From IMG/VR virus record IMGVR_UViG_3300045994_000087: 39,287 nt of DNA. The stretch is one strand, 5' to 3'. The stretch's first letter is position 1. Every line of letters begins with the position of its first letter. Source of the stretch: a virus. The position numbers and the translations under genes were made by a program. Under the pieces are notes generated by a model. It worked only from the letters and a program-made list of their open reading frames with translations, ran no database searches and was not told the DNA's origin. This document shows positions 1 to 6,303 of the stretch, piece after piece.

Positions 1-127
1 GGCATCGCGCAGGATGGTACCGCTCAGGTTGGCATCGTACAGGTTAGCACCGCTCAGGTTGGCACCGCGCAGGTCGACATAGCTCAGGTTAGCACCGTGC
101 AGGTCGGCAACGCTCAGGTTAGCACCG
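1..127. repeat. Terminal overlap, identical to 39161..39287 (circular-contig signature) and also identical to internal 38906..39032
   Basis: Base-by-base comparison: ggcatcgcgcaggatggtaccgctcaggttggcatcgtacagg...cgctcaggttagcaccg occurs at all three places. Sequence diverges after position 127 (tac...) compared with 39033 (ctc...). Confidence 0.95.
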
Positions 128-540
128 TACAGGTTAGCACCGTACAGGTTAGCACCGCTCAGGTTGGCACCGCTCAGGTTGGCACCGTACAGGTTGGCAC
201 TGTGCAAGTTGGCACCGCGCAGGTCGGCAACGCTCAGGTTAGCACCGCTCAGGTCGGCACGGCCCAGGTCGGCACTGTGCAGGTTGGCACCGCTCAGGTC
301 GGCACCGTACAGGTTAGCACCGCTCAGGATGGCACCGCTCAGGATGGCACCGCTCAGGTTGGCATCGTACAGGTTAGCACCGCTCAGGTCGACACCGTAC
401 AGGTCGGCACCGCCCAGGTCGACACCAGCCGAGACCGCAGCCTCTAAGGTCAAGCGAATTGTGTTACCCTCAGCTTCATGTGCGAACATAATGTTGCCGT
501 TCACTAGACATTTTATTTCAATTTTCGTTTTCGTTTTCAT
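1..540 (-). CDS. Pentapeptide-repeat protein, N-terminal part. The ORF leaves the window at base 1 and continues in frame at 39160->38759 when the contig is circularised (~313 aa in total).
   Basis: My own minus-strand translation starts at ATG 540-538, preceded by a purine-rich GAGG (tgaggttaat). It reads [69 protein letters not shown]... and then runs as uninterrupted A-(D/N)-L-(S/Y/H/R)-G pentads to base 1 with no stop. It is absent from the ORF track because it has no stop inside the window. 540 nt is 180 codons, so it joins 39160 in the frame of track ORF 38759..39142. Confidence 0.85.
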   Translation of the reverse strand, partial: MKTKTKIEIKCLVNGNIMFAHEAEGNTIRLTLEAAVSAGVDLGGADLYGVDLSGANLYDANLSGAILSGAILSGANLYGADLSGANLHSADLGRADLSGANLSVADLRGANLHSANLYGANLSGANLSGANLYGANLYGANLSVADLHGANLSYVDLRGANLSGANLYDANLSGTILRDA

Positions 541-545
541 ATTAA

Positions 546-643
546 CCTCAGCAAGATTCGGTTAAAGCGTTATTGCGTTGACCGTGATTAGATTCTAGTG
601 CGCGCAAATGAGTTTGTAAACACCTATTTTCAACTTATTGCAA
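546..643 (-). promoter_or_regulatory. Promoter-leader-RBS cassette, copy A, upstream of the pentapeptide-repeat gene. It is homologous to 31537..31637.
   Basis: A 32-bp perfect match gtttgtaaacacctattttcaacttattgcaa (612..643 = 31606..31637). Further shared blocks are cgtgattagatt(c/t)tagtg, attgcgttg and cctcagcaag, in the same order in both copies. Confidence 0.8.
592..620 (-). promoter_or_regulatory. Sigma70-like promoter for the pentapeptide-repeat operon
   Basis: Minus strand reads TTTACA (620-615), a 17-nt spacer, then TAGAAT (597-592). The gene start at 540 lies about 45 nt downstream of the predicted transcription start. Confidence 0.6.
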
Positions 644-644
644 A

Positions 645-1520
645 TTATTTTGTGTCCATGTCCACATTACCACGGAAGCCGAGGAACACTGGGAAGCGCG
701 GTTTGTCCTTCACGCCAGTCGGTTGTGATTTGTATTTAACCACCTTGCCAATCAGGTTGTCGCCGGTTGTCCAAAACACTTGGCGCTGGTCAGCTGTGAA
801 CCCAGTCCCAATGTCAAACTCCACGCCAGTCTTTAGATCCTTAACCGTGAGGGCTCCCAACGTCTGTTTGCCGACCTTGCCCGCTTTATGGCTTGATCGC
901 TCGAGCTGTCCCAGTTCGTTACGCTTAGCCTCATTGGCATTGTGCTGGGCCTCTGAGAACCCAATGACCCTAGCCTCAGCATCAACAAAGCGCTTAACCT
1001 TAAGTAGCCATGCCTCCTTAGCAGTTGAGCGCCCTTGCTTGTATGGACCACCAGGATGGCGCAGCATCACGCCTTCGTAGCCAGCAGTAAGGTAGCTCTC
1101 CTCCCAGGAGAGGATGGTGTCCTCACGGTTCACCTTATCATGCTGTACCTGCACAAAGTGGGTATGACGCTTGGTCCGCTTGAAGGCCATGTCCAAGCGC
1201 TCAGCAAACCCAGCCTCGTGACTGAAGTCGTCAAACACATAGAACTTCACCTTGGGCTGACCTTCGATGCTCATGACGCCTGAGGTAGTCACTTGGAATA
1301 CGTCCTTGGCAATGGGTGAATCAACGATCAGCTCACCATCAAGGCCGTTGAACTCATGATGGCCGAACAGTTGCTGCACGTACTTGTTGGGGATCGGCTT
1401 CAGACTACGTCCAACAGCAACTCCGTCAATGATCAGACAGCGAATACCATCCAATTTTGGGCTGAGTAGCATTGGGAATGGAATGACTGGGCCGGCAGGT
1501 GACGCAAGCATTGGTTTCAT
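645..1520 (-). CDS. ATP-dependent DNA ligase
   Basis: Track ORF of 291 aa. Nucleotidyltransferase motif I KxDG is present (SPKLDGIRC). Size and layout match small phage ligases. The start overlaps the upstream stop as ATGA. Confidence 0.85.
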   Translation of the reverse strand: MKPMLASPAGPVIPFPMLLSPKLDGIRCLIIDGVAVGRSLKPIPNKYVQQLFGHHEFNGLDGELIVDSPIAKDVFQVTTSGVMSIEGQPKVKFYVFDDFSHEAGFAERLDMAFKRTKRHTHFVQVQHDKVNREDTILSWEESYLTAGYEGVMLRHPGGPYKQGRSTAKEAWLLKVKRFVDAEARVIGFSEAQHNANEAKRNELGQLERSSHKAGKVGKQTLGALTVKDLKTGVEFDIGTGFTADQRQVFWTTGDNLIGKVVKYKSQPTGVKDKPRFPVFLGFRGNVDMDTK

Positions 1521-1819
1521 TTAACAATTCTCCCTTTTCCGTTGCAGGTTTCACAGCAGTGTTTGCGGTAAGACATTGAGTTAGGTACTTCGGACTCAGA
1601 ATATCCGTCACCTCTACAGTCTTCGCACTCAACAGTCTGTGCCTCAATCGCTGCCACGCAAGCAGCTAGGAGGGCGTAGTCAGCTTCAAGATTACTGAAC
1701 ACTAACGGGTACTGTCTGGCACAATTTCTAAGCGCCTCTGCGTCAGAGTGTAGCGCATCGGACTCCAGCTTATCTGCCATAGCCTCAAGTTGTGCCGCTC
1801 TTGCTTCTTGTAAGTTCAT
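1517..1819 (-). CDS. Small protein with two DnaJ-type CxxCxGxG zinc-finger motifs
   Basis: Track ORF of 100 aa with motifs CEDCRGDG and CETCNGKG. ATGA overlaps occur at both ends, at 1816-1819 and 1517-1520. Confidence 0.7.
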   Translation of the reverse strand: MNLQEARAAQLEAMADKLESDALHSDAEALRNCARQYPLVFSNLEADYALLAACVAAIEAQTVECEDCRGDGYSESEVPNSMSYRKHCCETCNGKGRIVK

Positions 1820-2115
1820 TTCAATTCCTCCCTCTGTTGAGCTTTACCAGAACCTCCACACAATTGACACGGCAGGTCGACTGAGTTGAAGCCATAGGCA
1901 TGACTAGTCTTACCTGTACCGGTGCACTGAGGGCACGCCTTGGGCTTGCTAGCCTCCTCATAGGCTATTGTATAAGCCTGTCTGATGCCATTAAACTCCA
2001 CAGCATTACCACCCCTGTCAGGGTGATGGATCATGCAGAGTTCACGCCACTTCTTCTTGACTTCTGCAGGCGTTGCAGTATCGGGCAGGCCCAAAGTTGC
2101 GAACGCCTTATTCAT
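1816..2115 (-). CDS. J-domain protein with two CxxCxGxG motifs (DnaJ-like co-chaperone)
   Basis: Track ORF 1816..2127 starts at a TTG. The first ATG, at 2115, gives MNKAFATLGLPDTATPAEVKKKWRELCMIHHPDRGG with an HPD motif. Motifs CPQCTGTG and CQLCGGSG follow. Confidence 0.8.
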   Translation of the reverse strand: MNKAFATLGLPDTATPAEVKKKWRELCMIHHPDRGGNAVEFNGIRQAYTIAYEEASKPKACPQCTGTGKTSHAYGFNSVDLPCQLCGGSGKAQQREELK

Positions 2116-2219
2116 AGTAGACTCCAACCTGTCATGAAGCAGTTAAACAGGACCTTGATGAAGAGACCTGAGAAAGCCAGCCCTGCTGGAATGCCAATAA
2201 GGATAAAGGACCAGGTCAT
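2112..2219 (-). CDS. 35-aa hydrophobic micro-protein (putative single-pass membrane peptide)
   Basis: My own translation is MTWSFILIGIPAGLAFSGLFIKVLFNCFMTGWSLL. Its TGA overlaps the J-protein ATG as ATGA at 2112-2115. It fills the otherwise empty gap between thyX and the J-domain gene. The RBS is weak. Confidence 0.4.
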   Translation of the reverse strand: MTWSFILIGIPAGLAFSGLFIKVLFNCFMTGWSLL

Positions 2220-2250
2220 AATCCACTCGAGCCATGAGTCTGAGCGGTAA

Positions 2251-2913
2251 CTATTTCGCTTCATTGAGCATCTCCGTGAGTGATGGCATGACGTGTAACA
2301 AGGCCAGTTTGCACATGGTTGCTATTTCACGATGCTCCTTCTGTGTGCCGTTGCCAGTCCGCAGTTGGATGTAGTGGATCCAGCTACGAACAGAGCCGGA
2401 CATGTAGAGATGCGACGGCGTCAAACCTTCAGGCAAGACAGCACGAGCAACTTCCTTGGCGATGCCTTGGTTGAGTGCGTCCTGATAGACCTTCATGGCC
2501 TGCTCAGCGAGCCAAGCCTGTTGATCATCCCACCATGCACGCAGTGCGAAATCCTGAGACTCAGTGCTATTCTGACGGTTTGTTGTGTCTTGCAGACGGG
2601 CTTCACGCAGGACAGGTTCGGCCACGACCTCAGCGTACCGCTGGCTGAACTCTTGGAAGCTGAATGAGCGGTGCCGCAGAATCTGGCGGGCAATGTCGCG
2701 GGTCGTTTTGATCTCGATGACTGCATGAGCCATTTCGAAGGGAGACCAGTGTTGGTTGCGGACCAGATAGCTGAGCAGACGAGGAGCAGTGTCGTGGTTG
2801 GCCTGATTGGCAGGGTTCGAGACCCGTGCGCAGTAGGCCACCAACTCCTCGCCCGTCTGAACACCTTCCAGCTCAATCGGCTGGGTGAATGCGATCAGAC
2901 GGACTTGGCTCAT
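2251..2913 (-). CDS. thyX: FAD-dependent thymidylate synthase ThyX
   Basis: Track ORF of 220 aa. The ThyX signature RHRxxSxxxxSxRY is present as RHRSFSFQEFSQRY. Confidence 0.9.
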   Translation of the reverse strand: MSQVRLIAFTQPIELEGVQTGEELVAYCARVSNPANQANHDTAPRLLSYLVRNQHWSPFEMAHAVIEIKTTRDIARQILRHRSFSFQEFSQRYAEVVAEPVLREARLQDTTNRQNSTESQDFALRAWWDDQQAWLAEQAMKVYQDALNQGIAKEVARAVLPEGLTPSHLYMSGSVRSWIHYIQLRTGNGTQKEHREIATMCKLALLHVMPSLTEMLNEAK

Positions 2914-3125
2914 GACTGGTCTTCCTTCACATCGGTCTCAGCACACAGACCGTTGATGAACTCAAGCAACTCAGCCTTGGCGACTGGGATGTCGGTCTGC
3001 TCGATGGTGATGTCCTTCTTCTTGGCCCCAGTTGCCTCGACAATGTCATTGCGGGTTGCCGTTGCATCGGCATTTGTGCTGGCGTAGCGCTTGCGGCCAC
3101 CGCCTTGAACGAGATAACAACGCAT
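2910..3125 (-). CDS. Hypothetical protein (71 aa)
   Basis: Track ORF. A GGAG lies 6-9 nt upstream of ATG 3125. Its stop forms an ATGA overlap with the thyX start. Confidence 0.6.
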   Translation of the reverse strand: MRCYLVQGGGRKRYASTNADATATRNDIVEATGAKKKDITIEQTDIPVAKAELLEFINGLCAETDVKEDQS

Positions 3126-3127
3126 GA

Positions 3128-3277
3128 TCAGACTCCTTCCACTGCATCGAGCAGTTCACCGGCTTCTCCTGAAACACCAACTGCCATGTGCAGAAGGTGC
3201 GCTGTTTCTGGTGTCAGACTTGCAACAATGTCTGCACCAGGTTTGGCCAAGACTTTGACCATATGTGTGTAGTTCAT
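3128..3277 (-). CDS. 49-aa ORF resembling only the N-terminal half of MazG-like all-alpha NTP pyrophosphatases (truncated or remnant)
   Basis: My own translation is MNYTHMVKVLAKPGADIVASLTPETAHLLHMAVGVSGEAGELLDAVEGV*. A strong AAGGAG RBS lies 7 nt upstream. The EAGEL motif is present, but the second acidic helix (EExGD) is missing in all frames downstream. Confidence 0.5.
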   Translation of the reverse strand: MNYTHMVKVLAKPGADIVASLTPETAHLLHMAVGVSGEAGELLDAVEGV

Positions 3278-3303
3278 GTGAAACTCCTTACTTACATTGA
3301 GGT

Positions 3304-3329
3304 GCAAAGAAAGGAGACCTAAGTCTCCT
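3304..3329 (-). terminator. Intrinsic terminator after the 73-aa gene
   Basis: Minus strand reads AGGAGAC-TTAG-GTCTCCT (3329..3312) followed by TTCTTTG. Confidence 0.6.
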
Positions 3330-3347
3330 ATCCGATAGATAGCTTGC

Positions 3348-3569
3348 TTACGCAGCTTCTTTTTTGATGACGGCTTCCAGGCTTTTCAGCAGGTCGGCCA
3401 CAACAACTTTGGTTGCCTTGACTTCTTCCGCCTTGTTGATTTCCTTGCAGTCCTTGATGATGGTCAGGACGCGCTTGGTCTCGGCCTTCACAGCAACAGC
3501 AACTTGCTTTGCCACAGCAGCTTGCACGCCTTCGTCGGCCAACGCGGCCTTGATTTCTTTTGCATTCAT
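3348..3569 (-). CDS. Hypothetical Ala/Lys/Val-rich helical protein (73 aa)
   Basis: Track ORF. An AGGAG RBS lies 8 nt upstream. It is flanked by its own promoter (3625-3653) and terminator (3304-3329). Confidence 0.7.
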   Translation of the reverse strand: MNAKEIKAALADEGVQAAVAKQVAVAVKAETKRVLTIIKDCKEINKAEEVKATKVVVADLLKSLEAVIKKEAA

Positions 3570-3624
3570 GATGAAACTCCTAGTTGGTTGATAACGCGTT
3601 GGGAGAATTCCCTCAGCAGATGCT

Positions 3625-3653
3625 ATTTTATTCCGCTCTTGCAGAGATGTAAA
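3625..3653 (-). promoter_or_regulatory. Sigma70-like promoter
   Basis: Minus strand reads TTTACA (3653-3648), a 17-nt spacer, then TAAAAT (3630-3625). It sits directly after the primase-helicase stop. Confidence 0.6.
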
Positions 3654-3662
3654 TATGTGGTT

Positions 3663-5765
3663 TCAGTATTTTTGAAGCTTTTGCGCGCCGCTTTGCTTCT
3701 TCGCCCAAGTTTCGAGATGCTTTGTGATCAATTGAGGTTGTGAAGCGATCCACTCGTCTTGCTTGCGGACAGCGTAGTACCGACCTTGTGAACCATCAGA
3801 CAGACGAACGGGCTTCCCACTGCAGACCTGGCGGACTCCAGCACGTGCAAGTTCGCGGCCAAGCCCGTTGGCTGTAGTACCTGTTTTGCCTGCAGGATCG
3901 TAGAACTGGAGCAGCTCTTTTGACGTGAACAGGTCCTTGTCTAAGATGATCTCGCCGACGCGCAGGATATGGTCAGGAGTAGCCAAGAGGTTGCGCACCC
4001 AGCCTGCCAGATCAGACTGTACGTTTGCAATCATGCGCTCCTTAGCTGCTGTCTTAAAGGCAGGAGCCGCTGGGTTGAAGTCGCCGGTATCACGGTGCAG
4101 CAGGTAGTGGAATACCGCTTGGCTGCCACCAGTGTCGATCCAGAGGTCGTAGTCCATGTAGAACTCCTCAGGCATTGGGCCTGCTTGAACCTCATGGATG
4201 AAGAAGCGGCGGTCGTCGTCTTCAAGGAAGAACGAGTCTGGATGGTTGGCCGTGAAGAAGTAGTTGATGCAGTCAGGCACCACGTAGGTTGGCACATACT
4301 TGCCATTGACTCGGAGTTCGCGCTGCGTGATGAGCTTCTTTAAGAAGTCGGCATCAGCTCGCTTGTTGGATCCTGTCACATCGTCGCCCATGACGAACTG
4401 CTTGCCCTCAGCCCATTCATTGAAGCTGTTGTGCAAGTCCATCTGGCTAATCTCGGTGAAGTTCTGCCCGTAAATACGACCCAGCGAGTAGCCGATCAAC
4501 GACTTACCTGTGCCGTGGCGGATACCATGAAGGACTGCAGAGCTAAACAACTTCGTGCCAGGATGTTGAAGCGGGTACGCACACCAGTTGAGGAACCACT
4601 CCATAGCCTCTGGCTCTGAGCCACTGAAGATGTGAGCAACCAGTTCAAGGAATGGAGTGACGTCGTCCTCAACAGGCTCAACACCCCAGCCTGGCCAGAT
4701 GTTGAACATTGGGCGAGGTTCTGCAATGAACCGGCCATCCCCTGGCTTGTACGTGATCTTCGTGACCTCTGTGCGGAGCGGCCACTTGAGCCATGCAGCT
4801 GCTGCTGAGACCGCCTTGAAGGAGACTGAGCCGTCTTGTTTGAGACTACGCTCGTGGTAATTCAGAGGTGCCTGTAGATGCTCTTTGAACGCTGATGGTG
4901 ATGCCTTGAACCGAGTGTCTTGGTCGACAATGAGACCAGGGTCTTGAACGTAGACATACTTCTCATTGAGTCCCCAAAGTGGTGCGGTCAAGCCTAGGGG
5001 CTCGGCTTCAGTGAGTAAGCCACGAAACATCGAAACGGCTGATGGTCCTGCATGGACAAGGAAGTCGTCAAGACCCACCTTCGCAAGGCCGGGCAGTTGA
5101 GGCAGACTGACGAGATGGACAAAGCAACCGCGGCGATGAAGCTCTTCACCAAGCTCACGGAGTGCTGAGCACACCATTGGGTTGGTTTTGTAGTCGCTAT
5201 CGAAGCAGATGTAGACGTTGCGCTTCAACCAAATGACTGAGTCCAGACTGGGAAGCCATGTGATGCCGAGGCGGTGACTGCGCCAGTTGTACACTCCACC
5301 CAGCCCGATGGTGGGGAAGCCTTCCTTGCAGGCTTTGGCGGCTTTGAGCTCGCCTTCAGTAAGGATGATAGGCTGGTCTGGGTCACTGAGAATGGCTGGC
5401 CAGTCTTGGTTGCCAGGATAGTAAGCGACTGGTGCGGTGTTAGGTTCTTGTACGTAGCGGACTGGCTTCTTGTCGGTCAGTGCTGAGAAGTCTGTTGGCG
5501 TCTCAAGATACCTGAGCCGGTAAAACGGCTTGGAGCCTGGCCAGTCTGAGATTGGAAACCCTGCAGGATCGAGGTACTCGATCTTTAAGCTGCAGAGCTG
5601 CTTAAATGCTTGATGATGTTGAGCTGTCTGCTGGGCACCGAGTGCCGTCATTTTCAAGAGCTTTGCATCTTCGAGAGTGAGTCCACTTCCTTTGAGCTTT
5701 GCTTCTACTAGTGCAGTTGCCTTATGATCAGCAGCCGGGGCTGCTTTCTTTCTTGTCGTTGCCAT
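3663..5765 (-). CDS. DNA primase-helicase (TOPRIM-like N-terminal half plus SF3/D5-type P-loop NTPase)
   Basis: Track ORF of 700 aa. TOPRIM-like acidic motifs TEGELKA and FDSDYK are present. Walker A is GIRHGTGKS and Walker B-like is FVMGDD. No zinc-finger or AEP primase motif was recognised. Confidence 0.75.
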   Translation of the reverse strand: MATTRKKAAPAADHKATALVEAKLKGSGLTLEDAKLLKMTALGAQQTAQHHQAFKQLCSLKIEYLDPAGFPISDWPGSKPFYRLRYLETPTDFSALTDKKPVRYVQEPNTAPVAYYPGNQDWPAILSDPDQPIILTEGELKAAKACKEGFPTIGLGGVYNWRSHRLGITWLPSLDSVIWLKRNVYICFDSDYKTNPMVCSALRELGEELHRRGCFVHLVSLPQLPGLAKVGLDDFLVHAGPSAVSMFRGLLTEAEPLGLTAPLWGLNEKYVYVQDPGLIVDQDTRFKASPSAFKEHLQAPLNYHERSLKQDGSVSFKAVSAAAAWLKWPLRTEVTKITYKPGDGRFIAEPRPMFNIWPGWGVEPVEDDVTPFLELVAHIFSGSEPEAMEWFLNWCAYPLQHPGTKLFSSAVLHGIRHGTGKSLIGYSLGRIYGQNFTEISQMDLHNSFNEWAEGKQFVMGDDVTGSNKRADADFLKKLITQRELRVNGKYVPTYVVPDCINYFFTANHPDSFFLEDDDRRFFIHEVQAGPMPEEFYMDYDLWIDTGGSQAVFHYLLHRDTGDFNPAAPAFKTAAKERMIANVQSDLAGWVRNLLATPDHILRVGEIILDKDLFTSKELLQFYDPAGKTGTTANGLGRELARAGVRQVCSGKPVRLSDGSQGRYYAVRKQDEWIASQPQLITKHLETWAKKQSGAQKLQKY

Positions 5766-5841
5766 TGGTCTTCAGGTCCTTATTATCTGTCATGAGCAGC
5801 CTCAGCATCTGCCAACCATGCGCTCAGCCACACGAAAAAGG

Positions 5842-5932
5842 TGTCTGCTTGGCCATATCACTTGCTGAGGGCGACAGACGCGGACCATGGTTGTGGAGCA
5901 ACCGGAGGAGACGCGACACGACCAAGCAGACA
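5842..5932 (-). promoter_or_regulatory. 11-bp perfect inverted repeat in the primase-helicase leader, followed by a T-run
   Basis: Plus-strand tgtctgcttgg (5842-5852) is the reverse complement of ccaagcagaca (5922-5932), with a 69-nt loop between them. On the minus strand the 3' arm is followed by CCTTTTTCG (plus-strand A-run at 5835-5839). Confidence 0.45.
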
Positions 5933-5938
5933 AGAAGG

Positions 5939-5967
5939 ATTTTAGCTCGGCTGCAGTAATCTGTAAA
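5939..5967 (-). promoter_or_regulatory. Sigma70-like promoter for the leftward (early) arm
   Basis: Minus strand reads TTTACA (5967-5962), a 17-nt spacer, then TAAAAT (5944-5939). It lies about 170 nt upstream of the primase-helicase ATG. Confidence 0.6.
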
Positions 5968-6054
5968 CAGTGGATTACGCGGCGTAGGAAATGGGCTGCA
6001 TAAGGTGCAGAAAGCCGTTACGGATCAGGCACTTAGGTGGCTTTGCTACTCCCA

Positions 6055-6184
6055 CTACAGATCTTAGCTCCCGCTACAGATTATGCGGAACTACGCTATT
6101 CTCTATTCTCTATCCTCTCTATTATCTATTCTTCTTCTTCTTCTTCTTTTATTAAAATATATAAAAGAGGAGTAGTATCTGTAG
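6055..6184. repeat. CTACAGAT motif: two direct copies (6055-6062, 6074-6081) and one inverted copy (6177-6184)
   Basis: Read directly from the sequence. The direct and inverted copies bracket the G-free tract. Confidence 0.8.
6096..6166. repeat. 71-nt G-free tract, pyrimidine- and AT-rich, containing CTATTCT repeats and (TTC)6 at 6129-6146
   Basis: There is no g on the plus strand between g6095 and g6167. The sequence is ctattctctattctctatcctctctattatctattcttcttcttcttcttcttttattaaaatatataaaa. Confidence 0.9.
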
Positions 6185-6211
6185 AAAGTCTTATAAACCA
6201 ACAACTTAGGT

Positions 6212-6259
6212 CGCTACACATTGCCGCTACACAGGCCGTGGCTCCGTAGTTGTGTAGCG
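6212..6259. repeat. CGCTACACA motif: two direct copies (6212-6220, 6225-6233) and one inverted copy (6251-6259)
   Basis: Read directly from the sequence. It shares the core GCTACA with the CTACAGAT set. Confidence 0.8.
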
Positions 6260-6303
6260 CCATAAAGGTGGGTGTACGAAGTTCTCCACACGTGGTAGAG
6301 CGG

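Noticed and set aside
97-565. Plus-strand ORFs 97..447 and 164..565, and likewise 38733..38987 and 39039..39242, with repetitive QVSTVQV / APLRLAP translations
   Set aside because: They are antisense or out-of-frame shadows of the pentapeptide-repeat gene. The 15-bp periodicity keeps all frames open. They have no RBS, and the minus-strand frame gives a canonical A(D/N)LxG protein with an RBS and a promoter.
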